Shown: positions 53,303 to 63,463 of the stretch, piece after piece
How the letters are laid out: each line of letters starts with the position of its first letter
Numbering within the stretch: position 1 is the first letter of the stretch
Assembly (NCBI GenBank): GCA_965218095.1
Contig: OZ244587.1
Location: forward strand, 6,240,001 to 6,304,000
Length of the DNA stretch: 64,000 bases
Direction: 5' to 3'
Source: Candidatus Poribacteria bacterium
GTDB lineage: Bacteria; Poribacteria; WGA-4E; PCPOR2b
Program-made: the position numbers and the translations under genes
Notes under the pieces: model-generated
Seen by the model: the letters and a program-made list of their open reading frames with translations, nothing else
The model's database searches: none
What the model was told of the DNA's origin: nothing

Positions 53303-53801
53303 GCCGGAATACCTCTACAATTTTATCAACGACCTCTTCAATCGATACTCCTGTTGTCGGGATGTCATAATCGGCCCGAGCGTAATATGGCGCGCGTTCT
53401 GTAAGCATCTGCTGAATCTTGCCTAACGGGTCGGGAGCTTGAAGCAGTGGACGGTGGGGTTCATGCCCAACACGTCGCCAAATCTCCTCTGGCGTCGCTG
53501 TTAAGCAGAAGACGACGCTGCTACATTTGAGCATCTCCAGATTGGATCTCCGAAGGACAACGCCGCCACCAGTTGAGATGACGTGATTGTCTAAAGCTGT
53601 CACCTTGCAAATGGCTGCACTCTCTAAATCCCGGAAGTAGGATTCATCGTGTTGAGCGAAGGTCTCAGCGATGGTCATGCCACTGTCATGCTTGATTACA
53701 GCATCCGTATCAATCAGTGGCATCTCTAGACGTTCAGCAAGTTTCTGCCCAACCGAGGTTTTGCCCGTTCCCATGAAGCCAACCAGGACAATGTTCGGCA
53801 C
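53283..53801 (-). CDS. aroK: Shikimate kinase
   Basis: GTG start at 53801; LVGFMGTGKT, FRDLE, STGGG, RPLL; upstream TTTACA-17-TATACT. Confidence 0.95.
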   Translation of the reverse strand: MPNIVLVGFMGTGKTSVGQKLAERLEMPLIDTDAVIKHDSGMTIAETFAQHDESYFRDLESAAICKVTALDNHVISTGGGVVLRRSNLEMLKCSSVVFCLTATPEEIWRRVGHEPHRPLLQAPDPLGKIQQMLTERAPYYARADYDIPTTGVSIEEVVDKIVEVFRHAIHSR

Positions 53802-54073
53802 GTATTCCCCCCTCCCCTGCAAGGGTATTAAGTATACACTTGTTGCGGGAGATTGTAAAGCATTTTCCTCGCTTTTCGTTACTCTATAGGAGCAGATAGT
53901 GTGTCTACCTGAATTTGAGGCAATCGGAGGCACCCCTGAAATCGACTCCCTCCGTTCAAAGGCGTATGAACGCGATTGGTTGGTGTGAGTGAGCACAAAA
54001 GCATACTCAGGAGTCAGAATTACATCCCCAGGCAAGGCCTTTGCCGGCAGATTGGTAAAAAGATACAGCCAAG

Positions 54074-54658
54074 CTAACTCGCCGTTTGATGCGCGGCGAG
54101 CCTCATCTGATTAGGAACGCTCTCCTTGATTAGCTTGACGAGCTCTTCGCCGTGTGTTTGCACATTCACACTACGATCAATCGCACGGATATATCCTACC
54201 TTGTCGATGACGAATGTCACACGGCTAGAAGCCTGGATTTCTTCCCTGATACCGCTATAGATTTTGCTGACAGCGAATTCTGTGTCGGCGAGCAGTGGAA
54301 AGCCAAATTGTTCTTGCTCTTGAAACTTCTTATGTGATGCCTCGTCATCAACACTAACGCCCAAAACAACCGTGTCAGTGGCTTGAATCTGGCTCAACTC
54401 ATCCCGGAGTGAACGGAGTTCTGCCGTTCAGCCACGGGTGAAGTCTTTGGGGTAAAATGCTAGGACGACATTCTTCTGGCCGAGGTAATCGCGCAGGCTA
54501 TGTTCGACGTGGTTTCCATCGTTCAGTGTGAAATCTGGCGCCGCCATGCCAACTTTCAGTGATTTGAAGACTCCCATCTGTTTCCCCTTCGCGCTTATGG
54601 CGCTGATAGTCGTAAGTGTAACAGCAATCATGATCAATAACATTGAAACGCGTAACAT
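54074..54658 (-). CDS. Exported peroxiredoxin (AhpC/TSA, BCP-like), probable selenoprotein (TGA at 54428-54430)
   Basis: In-frame halves: APDFTL...VLAFYPKDFTRG-TGA-TAE...VLGVSVD...FPLLAD...RVTFVID; the TGA occupies the peroxidatic Cys of PxxxTxxC. Confidence 0.85.
54392..54414 (-). promoter_or_regulatory. Candidate bacterial SECIS hairpin
   Basis: GTTCACTC-CGGGAT-GAGT(T)GAGC starting 13 nt after the TGA, with a bulged U and G in loop position 2. Confidence 0.55.
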
Positions 54659-54682
54659 TGTGTGTCTCCTCCAATCTACCTG

Positions 54683-55231
54683 TCATCTGTTCCCGCCGGT
54701 TGAATTTTGCCTTCTTCCCCCAGTTTCGTGCCGATCTTCATCGTTTTCGTTTCCAGGAAACCAAATAGCCTGTAACGTTCCGTTGCGGTGACCGTAAATT
54801 GCAGCGGCATATCCCCATAATAGGTCCTTAAAGTCAGTGTTGACGAAGAAGCGGTAAGTAACCATCTCATGCTTATCTACGGCAATCTTAGCGAATTGGG
54901 GATGCCTTCGTTGCAGATTATTTCCGTCGACCACACCGATTAGCAGCACGCCACTTTGATTATTTTTCACTTTCACTGAAACTGTTTCCGCATCTGCTGA
55001 ACCGATATTTTTTATCGAAAATCTGAGATAGAAATCTTCGTTGAGCGGATTTGACCATTCGGTGAACGAGAGCGATCCAAAGCCGTAAAATTCACCAGGA
55101 TCAACGTGGATGTATTTGGAATATTCCGTAAAAGATTGCCATTTGGCTGCGTCAAAGCCATCTGCAAGCACAGTGCTACCGGCCATCATGATTGCAGCAG
55201 CAACCATAATTAAACAAGTTCTTGCATGCAT
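54683..55231 (-). CDS. Hypothetical exported protein
   Basis: Signal peptide ending VLA; ORF co-oriented with and just upstream of the peroxiredoxin. Confidence 0.65.
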   Translation of the reverse strand: MHARTCLIMVAAAIMMAGSTVLADGFDAAKWQSFTEYSKYIHVDPGEFYGFGSLSFTEWSNPLNEDFYLRFSIKNIGSADAETVSVKVKNNQSGVLLIGVVDGNNLQRRHPQFAKIAVDKHEMVTYRFFVNTDFKDLLWGYAAAIYGHRNGTLQAIWFPGNENDEDRHETGGRRQNSTGGNR

Positions 55232-55518
55232 GTTTTCGTTATCCTTTTGTGGCGACGAATGACACACGATATGGAAGATCATTCATCGTTGCCATACCTC
55301 TTTCCCATATAAGCTTTTTGTGGTATTGACTCATCTCCTCCCTGTTGTTCTGCATTTTGCTTCGTTCAACCTCCTGTCTCTGGGCGTTCACCGGCGTCGG
55401 GTATTGTGTCATTTCCAATGTTCTATGACGGCACAACTTGATAGTCAATCTACTTTCTGGAATTATACCAATCTCCACCGCAACCGTCAAGATCAGATTT
55501 ACGCTGGAATACTTCATT

Positions 55519-55625
55519 ATGTCATTCTGAGGCCCCTTCGCTTCGCTCAAGAGCCCAATAGATTAGGATTTCGCTGCGTCAACCTGTCCTGAACGTAGCG
55601 AAAGAAAAAACTTCAGGAAGAATCT
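55519..55625. repeat. REP-like element (related piece at about 49345-49370)
   Basis: TGTCATTCTGAG...CTTCGCTTCGCTCA...CCTGTCCTGAACGTAGCGAA...GAAGAATCT; compare CCTCCGCTTCGTTCAGAGTGA. Confidence 0.45.
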
Positions 55626-55631
55626 TAACTC

Positions 55632-56659
55632 CTAGCTCGTTGTCCATGTAAACACAACCTTGCCACTTCGTGAGCTGTCAGCAACCTGGTAGGCTTCAGC
55701 GCCATCTGCAATGATGAACGGATGTGTTACGATTGGTGTAAACGAAAGCTTTCGTCGATCCAGGAAATTGACAAGGTCATAGGATTGCTGGAGCGGCAAG
55801 ACGAAAGACCCCATCAGTGTCAATTCCCGATTGATAATCTCGGTTGGATTGATTACGCGCTCGTCATTCCCGATGCCGACAAAAGCAGCTTTCCCACCAC
55901 GTCGGAAGCACTTCACGGCATTTATTCGACCCGATGGGCCGCCTGACGCCTCGAAGGCGAGGTCACACCCATCAGCTCCAGCGATGTCACGGATAACATT
56001 GTGCGTATTCTCTTTCTGTGCGTTAATCCCGACGTCTGCGCCAATCTGTTTTGCCAGATTGACGCGCTCATCAATAACGTCTACGCCGATAACGTATCCG
56101 CCCATCGCCGTTGCCAGCAGCACGCCGCTCAACCCGACAGGGCCCAGCCCAAAACCGCGAGCGTTGTGTTTCCCGACACATCGAGTTTCCGCATGGCAGA
56201 ATAAGCAGTCCCGCCGGCACAGGCAATAAATGCGCCATCGGTGAAGCTCACTGACTTCGGCATGACCACACAGTTGCGCTCATCGGCGAGCATGAAATCG
56301 GCATGTGAACCGTCAATGGGACCACCGTAACCTCTGGTCTCAGGACACCACTGAAAATATCCAGCCGCACAGTGTTTGCAATGCCCACAGCCACGATAGT
56401 GGTTAATGCAAACCCGGTCGCCAACTTTAATGCGGTTCACGCCCTCACTGATTGCCTCAACCACACCACTTGGCTCATGACCGGGGATGCGATTTTCTCG
56501 TCCTTTGAAGTGCTCAGCACTGCGACGATAGATGTGCAGGTCGCTCCCGCAGATGCCCGTTGTTTTCATACGGACAAGCACTTCCCCAAAGCCCGGTTCC
56601 GGATCAGGAAAGTCTTTGACTATTGCTTTTCGATCTCCTAAAAAAACGACCCCTTTCAT
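55632..56659 (-). pseudogene. Zn-dependent alcohol dehydrogenase, frameshifted at about 56150
   Basis: GICGSDLH, GHE, CGHCKHC...C; the Rossmann GxGPVG motif is broken by the frameshift; C-terminal half in 55632..56132. Confidence 0.85.
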
Positions 56660-56697
56660 CGAATCTCCTTTTCAAGTTGAGAAGGTTGGTGAAACTT

Positions 56698-57534
56698 CTA
56701 CTGTTGCTTTTTCTTCGGCGGTAGAATTCGTCTCTTGATCTGCTGGAATCGAGAAGAATCCCTCCTCAGATTGGATTTGGGCGGCAGGGCTGCGATTCGC
56801 GAACGGACATTGATGATCCGTTCATCAGTCGGCGGATGTGTCGAAAAGATCTGTTCGATTTGAGACGGTTGATTTTTCTGCAATTTGAGGAGTTTTTCAA
56901 AAAATGTCGCTATCCCTTCGGGATGGATGCCCGCGTCGTACATCTCCTGAACGGCGTATTCATCGGCTTCCGTCTCATCGTCACGACTGTACTTTATTAG
57001 CGTTCCCGTTGTGACAATGCCGGCGACTATTTTCTCTATTTGGTTTTGATCTTTTCCTAAGACGAGCTCCACCATCGCCGAAAGCCCGAGCTGCTTGGTC
57101 AACTGCTCGGCGCCGTGCTTCCCAACAACGTGACCAATTTCATGTGCGATTACCCCCGCCAACTCGGACTCAGTTTCCGAAGCGCGAATAAGCCCTAGAT
57201 TGACGTAGAGATAGCCGCCCGGCAGTGCGAAAGCATTTACCACATCTGTATCAACGACCTTGAAGTGGTAGGTGATGCCCTTCCGCTTAGAATGCTTCGC
57301 CAAGTACTGTCCGAGCTCAACGATATACGTGGTAACGACAGGGTCCTGGTAGACCTGGATCTCTTTTTCAATCTGTCCAGAAAAGTTTTTGCCAAGCTGA
57401 ATCTCTTCCTGATCGGTAAAGAGGTTGATTTGGCTCACTACGCCGCAGCCGATGAGTCCGCTGACCGTCATGACGAGGAACGCGAGATAGATAATAGACT
57501 TAATTGTTTGAGTAATTGGATAGTATTTTCGCAT
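56698..57534 (-). CDS. M48-family metalloprotease lipoprotein
   Basis: Lipobox LIGC, VNAFALPGG, HEIGH, YSR..E.EAD, STHP...RI. Confidence 0.93.
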   Translation of the reverse strand: MRKYYPITQTIKSIIYLAFLVMTVSGLIGCGVVSQINLFTDQEEIQLGKNFSGQIEKEIQVYQDPVVTTYIVELGQYLAKHSKRKGITYHFKVVDTDVVNAFALPGGYLYVNLGLIRASETESELAGVIAHEIGHVVGKHGAEQLTKQLGLSAMVELVLGKDQNQIEKIVAGIVTTGTLIKYSRDDETEADEYAVQEMYDAGIHPEGIATFFEKLLKLQKNQPSQIEQIFSTHPPTDERIINVRSRIAALPPKSNLRRDSSRFQQIKRRILPPKKKQQ

Positions 57535-57592
57535 AAGGTTATTCAGAGACTTCTCTTTGCAGTGGATTTTAGATAGGTTTTATCGTAGCGCC

Positions 57593-58320
57593 TTAATCCT
57601 TTGCATCCCATAAGCTGTCAAAAAATGCCTTAAACCATTCCTGTTCACGAGCGCTGTCCAGATCCGCATTGTTTTCCAGATGTTCACGGCCACGGGGAGG
57701 CAATGTCCCAAGATCACGGTTCTTTTCCAACCATTTCCGACATTCGGTTTCCTCGTCACGGAGAGCGTGTGTGCACGCAAGGTTGTACACGCCACTTTCT
57801 GGCGAAATTTCTTCGGCGCGAAGAAGTTTCTCTTCCGCTTCGGCGAGCAGCCAATCTGCTTCTTCACCGGTCTTGGTCTCCGCCTGGTCTGGAATGTCAG
57901 CAGGCTTGAAATACTGAGAGGTTGCAAAGTCGTATATAGCAGGAAACACTTCGACCATTGCACACGCCCTGGCAACAAGCTAATCAAAATTGGTCATCAG
58001 GACCGGATCGATGTAGCCTTCCTTCATGAGTTGCGCGATCCTAATATGCGCCCAGTTAAGCTTCGCCTGGTCCACATAGTCAGCGATGAGGTCCCGTCTT
58101 TGCCCCGGCGCAAGTTCAGCTATGCAATTTGCGTACGTTTTTTCTTTTGCCCGATGATATGCCTGGGAAGATTCCTCTTCGATATCAACAATATCGTTAG
58201 CCGTGGGAATTCCAGCCTTGACGGAACACCCAGCCCCAATCAGCAGGGTACATTTTCGTCCCCGATTTTTACGTTTTTCAGCGTGTCAACAATGTCTTCT
58301 ATCGTTTGTTGTATATCCAA
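57593..58320 (-). pseudogene. SIR2-like (NADase-type) plus TPR-end protein, degenerate
   Basis: Manual translation: CTLLIGAGCSVKAGIPTA...NWAH...VLMTNFD*LVARAC...; C-terminal YNLAC.HAL...DLDSAR..EWF; frameshift, stop and apparent internal deletion. Confidence 0.75.
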
Positions 58321-58360
58321 ATATCTCTTTCCTGGTTCAAAATCAGGGATAGTAGATGCC

Positions 58361-59635
58361 TCACCCTTCTGTTAACGACGCCAAAACACCGTAGAAAGTC
58401 GGGAAGGTTTTGCTCACACAACCCGGATCTTTAATCCGAATCCCCGGCGACTTCAATCCAATCAGCGAAAAACTCATGGCAACGCGGTGGTCTTGATATG
58501 TATCGATTTCCGCCGGCGTGATCTTTGACGGTGAAATTTCGACGCCGTCCTGACGCTCGACAACTGGGACGCCAAGTTTGCGTAGTTCCGTAACCATTGC
58601 GTGGATACGATCTGTCTCCTGATGACGAGTGTGTTCGATATTTCGGATGATCACCTTGCTCTCCGCAAACGGGGCAATCGCGGCAAGGGTCAACGAGGTG
58701 TCAGAGATTGCTTTCATGTCAAGGTCAATTCCTTTGAGGTGATTTGGCCCAATCACTTCTATCCCATCATCGTATCGGTTGACTTGACAACCCATCTGTT
58801 CTAGCACATCAACAAAATGGAGGTCGCCCTGCGTGGAATCCATACTGATATTGTTCACACGGACACGCCCCCCGGTGATGGCAGCGATGGCGAAGAAATA
58901 GGAGGCGTTGGAAGCGTCAGGCTCGATTGGGTACTCGCGCAGCTGGTAACGTTGTCCACCCTCAACATGAAAGGATTTGTAGTTATCGTGGGTCACGTCT
59001 ACGCCGAACGCTTTCATCACTGACATCGTGATGTCAATGTACGGCGTCTTCATTTCTCCGACGACGTCAATCGCCATCCCTTCTTCCGCATATGGGGCGA
59101 CGAGCATCAGCGAGGTCAAGAACTGACTACTTTTGCTGGCGTCCAGTCGAGTTTTCCCACCTTTGAGTCCGTTTGCCCGAACGATTAGCGGCAGGAAGTC
59201 GTTGTCGAATTTTGAACGAACATTGACTCCTAATTGTCTGAGCGCGTCAAGCAAATCAGCGATTGGACGACTACGACGCATCGGCTCGTCCCCATCAATG
59301 AGGTATTCGCCATCGCCAAGCGCGACATAGCTCACAAGCGAGCGTGATGTCGTTCCTGAATTGCCGATGTAAAGTTCAGCGAGATTGACGGGAATTTTGC
59401 CGCCATTGCCGACAACTTCAAACGTACATCGTTCTTCGTCGGCATCGATCTCAACCTCGAGTTTCCGCAAAGCCTCACACATATAGCGAGTGTCGTCGCT
59501 GAAAAGTGCGCCTGTCAGCCGTGAACGCCCTTCAGCGAGCGCGGCAACCAGCAACGCCCTATTGGTGTAGCTTTTAGAGCCGGGTGCCGTTACGGTGGCA
59601 TCAATAGCCTTTTGGACGGGTTGGATTTCGATCAT
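58361..59635 (-). CDS. aroA: EPSP synthase
   Basis: PGSKSYTNR, GNSGT, SSQF, DASNASYF, ETDRI, DHRVAM, KTFP. Confidence 0.97.
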   Translation of the reverse strand: MIEIQPVQKAIDATVTAPGSKSYTNRALLVAALAEGRSRLTGALFSDDTRYMCEALRKLEVEIDADEERCTFEVVGNGGKIPVNLAELYIGNSGTTSRSLVSYVALGDGEYLIDGDEPMRRSRPIADLLDALRQLGVNVRSKFDNDFLPLIVRANGLKGGKTRLDASKSSQFLTSLMLVAPYAEEGMAIDVVGEMKTPYIDITMSVMKAFGVDVTHDNYKSFHVEGGQRYQLREYPIEPDASNASYFFAIAAITGGRVRVNNISMDSTQGDLHFVDVLEQMGCQVNRYDDGIEVIGPNHLKGIDLDMKAISDTSLTLAAIAPFAESKVIIRNIEHTRHQETDRIHAMVTELRKLGVPVVERQDGVEISPSKITPAEIDTYQDHRVAMSFSLIGLKSPGIRIKDPGCVSKTFPTFYGVLASLTEG

Positions 59636-59951
59636 CGACTTTATCGAACTTCCTATCTGCTTTTTCAGGTCCAATATCGTTCTCATATTCAAGCACAAGT
59701 CCGACATCTACGGGTTGAGTTCCACAATACTTTATCCAAGTCATATCATATAACCATTCCCCACGATCGCCTTTGTACTTTTTCGCCACACAAACATAGT
59801 AGCCGTTCTTTTTCCCAACACAACGGAGCCGAGTCATAACCCCCTTTGTCCAGGGTTCCGTTGGCGCATTGTACCTGAGATCCAGGTTTTTTACAGCATA
59901 CGCCTCAAATGCTTTCAGGGTCGTCTGAACACTTTCGGATACTGTCATCAT
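59601..59951 (-). CDS. Hypothetical protein (possibly a truncated nuclease-like protein)
   Basis: 116-aa ORF with AAAGGTG RBS; EWLYDMTW...LVLEYE. Confidence 0.45.
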   Translation of the reverse strand: MMTVSESVQTTLKAFEAYAVKNLDLRYNAPTEPWTKGVMTRLRCVGKKNGYYVCVAKKYKGDRGEWLYDMTWIKYCGTQPVDVGLVLEYENDIGPEKADRKFDKVDDRNPTRPKGY

Positions 59952-60020
59952 ATAAACACACCTTTCATTTTAGTTTAAGATTTGTTACTCCCCTTTCGGG
60001 TAAAAGTCTGATAAGCCCCC

Positions 60021-61571
60021 TTACAGGACATTCCCATTACCGCATCCGTCCCTCAATAATCTCCTTAAAGCAGACCGGGCCTCTATGTTCCCTCGTTCAG
60101 CCGCTTTGCGAAACCACTTAACTGCCTCCACATCGTCCTGAACGACCTGATCACCATTTGCATACATCACACCGAGGTTATACTGTGCCTCGGCATGTCC
60201 TTGTTCAGCCGCTTTACTAAACCAGTTAAACGCCTGTGCATAGTCTTGGTCAACGCCCCTACCATTTGCATATATCCAACCGCGGTGAGTATACACTTGG
60301 CAAAGGTTATTCTGTGCGGTGGTACTACCTTGTTGGACGGCTTGGCTAAACCAGTTGATTGCTTCGTCATAGTCTTGGTCAACACCTATGCCATTTGCAT
60401 ACATCACGCCAATGTTATTCTGTGCAGTGGTATCACCTCGTTGAGCGGCTTCTTGATAATGCCAGAACGTTCTCACATTGTTCCGACCAAAGCCGCCAAT
60501 GTTATTCTGTGCAGGAATTTGGTTTTGTTCGGTGGCTCTGTAATCCAGCCTAACTGCCTCCACATCGTCCGTATCAATTTGCGGGCTTCTTGCAGGAGGT
60601 ACACCAACCCTCGCAGACAGCACACTAAGATTAGCCTGGGCACCGGCGTGTCCTTGTTCAGCCGCTTTTCGATACTATTTGATTGCCTCCGCATAGTCTT
60701 GAGCACCAACGCCTTTGACATATTGATACCTCCAGCCAAGAGTATGCTGTGCATCGGCATACCCCTGTTCAGCGGCTTTGCGACACCATTTGAGTGCCTC
60801 GCTAGAGTTCTGACTAACACCCCTGCCATGATGATACATCCAACTCAGGTCATATTGGGCTATGGCATGTCCTTGTTCAGCGGCTTTTTGATACCACTCG
60901 ACCGCTTTCTCGTCGTTTTGAATAACGCCCCTGCCATTTGCGTAGCACCAGCCACGGATATAGTATTGGGCTGCGTCATCGCCTTGCTCGGCACGTCGGC
61001 GCAACTCCGTTACTTCGTCCGGCTCCGCGTACCGTCTGTGTTCTTCAGCTTCAATCCGTTCTTGATATTCGCGAACAATTTGTGATGCCGCCCCGCTTGA
61101 GTTACCTTTAAGAAATTCGACCATCATCTGCTCGGCAAGCCCCGCATCAGATCCATTTCCCCTGTTTAGAAAGTGTCGAATAAGGGGAAGGAATTGGTCA
61201 AGCGAATCAGGATAAATTTGGAGTTGGCCAAACAACTGAAAAGCCACGTTGTTCCTTTTGTCTGGATTATCCAATTTTGATAGCAGATAGTCGCAAAATT
61301 TACCGTTGAGCCGGTTTAACTGGTCGGTGGTTTGCGTATCAGGTAGAATCGTTTTAAGATTGGTGCTTTCTTCTTTCCCTTTCAAAAGTGTGTGGTGGTT
61401 TCCACAGAGTGTCAAGCCGTTGTCAAGTTCGGTGGCAAATTCAGGATATTTGTTTAACAGTTTGATGTGGTGGACTTCGAGATTCTTATTAAATCCACAT
61501 TGGCGACAAATATTTTCATCACGCTGTTTGACCTCTCGTCTCCACTGTTGATGTGATCTTATCTGTTGCAT
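60021..61571 (-). pseudogene. HNH nuclease - helical linker - Sel1-repeat protein, disrupted in the repeat region
   Basis: RDENICRQCG...EVHHIK...DNGLTLCGNHH, then many KAAEQG.A.AQ.NLG.MY..G.GV repeats; stop at 60675 and frameshifts. Confidence 0.85.
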
Positions 61572-61613
61572 AAGGATTCTCCATTTTACTGGTTCAATTA
61601 AAAGCTACCTCAT

Positions 61614-62420
61614 TACTGATTCAACTTTGCCCGCAACTCCGCAACCGTCCCCATCCCCTTCGCAGAATTGCAGGTACCACACAACAGCCACAAATTCTCA
61701 AAACGATCCGTCCCCCCTTACTGCGCGGAATCTTGTGATCAATCGTCAGATTCCGAAACGGGAAGAAAATCTTACAGTCCCTACACAAGCCCTCTTGCAG
61801 TCCAAACAGCGTGTGCTTATGGGTTCAGGCGGGTGGTGTGTCGCCCATGTCGGTCCGCTTCGGATAATCGTCGCGGGCGATAATCTCCTCGAACAGCCCC
61901 TGATCATCCTTGATGCGCTTGACGACCAACTCCGCTGCTTTTGGTGAAATGCCAATACCTACTCACCACCGCTGCAACCAATCCGCCGCTCCAATTTTTC
62001 ATCAGAGCGAATAACGATGTTTCCTTTTTGGTATTCCTCCTCCAAGCGTTCTTTGCTCAATCGCCATCCGGATGGATGCGGATTCACGAATCCACGCCAT
62101 TCATAGCAAAGGTTCGGACGATCGCTCATACTTGGTGTCCTCCAAATATGGGTGAAGTCGTTGTAGTACCTATGCTCATTCTCGTCAATGTACTTGAATT
62201 TCTTCGCGATTTCAGATTCTGTCAGTTGTCTTTCTGGACGCAATGATGCGGATGGAGATGCCGCATAATACAGGAGTATATCAGCGTTGTTGCCCCACAG
62301 TGAACTGCCGTGCTGGGACCCTTTTTGCGTAGACGTTGTACGTTTCCATGTTATCTCATTCCTGAAGTTGCGTATTCCAAAAACGCTATCCATCACCAGC
62401 TTCAGATAATCAGGAAAATC
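61614..62420 (-). pseudogene. Site-specific DNA methyltransferase - HNH fusion remnant
   Basis: YLKLVMDSVFG..NFRNEITWKR...DILLYY; GISPKAAELV; CRDC...TIDHKIPRSKG/GTDRFENLWLLCGTCNSAKG; several stops and deletions. Confidence 0.75.
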
Positions 62421-62434
62421 CTTTAAGCCTGATT

Positions 62435-63379
62435 TTATCCACGCATATACCGCCAATCTGCTGACTCTGTTTTTTCGGCGTCATCTGCCTCAGAATCGCG
62501 CTTGGCTCCATCGACCATCTTGTCCAAGTCTGCCTCTCGTGCTCGCTGGATATCATCCTGATACTTGAAAATGCAGCCGAGTGTTTCATCAACGAGGTCT
62601 GGATCTAACCCATTCTTACCCAGTGCGATGAGTGCTAACCCCCAATCCAACGTCTCTGCGACTCCCGGTTTTTTGTAGTAATCCCCACCCCTAAACATCT
62701 GCATCAGTTGGCACAATTGTTGAGCGAGCACCTCGTTGATATGTGGGAGCTTGGTTTTAACGATCAACAACTCCCTCTCAACAGAGGGATAATCGATCCA
62801 CTGATAGAGGCATCGACGTTTCAGGGCTTCGTGAATTTCCCGTGTGCGATTTGAGGTCAGCACGACATAAGGGATATGTTTCGCCTGGAGGGTCCCGATT
62901 TCTGGAATAGTGATTTGAAAATCAGATAGAATTTCGAGAAGAAACGCTTCAAATTCGCTATCACTCCGATCCACTTCGTCAATGAGAAGCACGGGAGGGG
63001 CTGCACCATCACTCTGAATGGCTTCGAGGAGTGGACGTTTTAACAGAAATGCCTCGCTGAAGAGGTCCACGCCGATCTGCTCCTTATCGACGCCCCGTGC
63101 TTCGTCGATCCGCAGTTGAAGAATTTGCTTCGTATAATTCCATTCATACAACGCGCTATTGACATCAAGTCCTTCGTAACACTGCAAACGGATGAGCTTG
63201 CCCCCTGTCGCACCCGCCAACACTTTCGCAACCTCTGTTTTCCCGACGCCGGGTTCCCCCTCCAGGAAAATTGGTTTTTTCAGGTGATGCGCTAAGTAAA
63301 TCGTCGTCGCCAGCGCCCGATCTGTAATGTAATTCTGTTCCGAAAATGCGTTCTGCACTTCTTCGATTGATTCAACCAT
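62435..63379 (-). CDS. MoxR/CoxD-family AAA+ ATPase
   Basis: LEGEPGVGKTE, RLQCYEG, LLIDEVD, LTSNRTRE, KPGVAETLDW. Confidence 0.92.
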   Translation of the reverse strand: MVESIEEVQNAFSEQNYITDRALATTIYLAHHLKKPIFLEGEPGVGKTEVAKVLAGATGGKLIRLQCYEGLDVNSALYEWNYTKQILQLRIDEARGVDKEQIGVDLFSEAFLLKRPLLEAIQSDGAAPPVLLIDEVDRSDSEFEAFLLEILSDFQITIPEIGTLQAKHIPYVVLTSNRTREIHEALKRRCLYQWIDYPSVERELLIVKTKLPHINEVLAQQLCQLMQMFRGGDYYKKPGVAETLDWGLALIALGKNGLDPDLVDETLGCIFKYQDDIQRAREADLDKMVDGAKRDSEADDAEKTESADWRYMRG

Positions 63380-63463
63380 TTATTGTTCCTTATATATTTT
63401 TGTGATTTTAGGGCTTAGGCATCAGGAATAAGCAAACACCTGATAACCTGATGCCTACCTACT

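Noticed and set aside
53802-54035. N-terminal extension of aroK in the ORF track (similar extensions at aroA, the TolB-like gene, the corrinoid protein and the MtaA-like gene)
   Set aside because: Family homology and RBS begin at downstream starts; the extensions are longest-ORF artefacts
57680-61085. Long plus-strand ORFs 57680..58375 and 60195..61085 (and similar shadows of fhs, metF and ilvD)
   Set aside because: Antisense to recognisable genes or pseudogenes, with no motifs of their own
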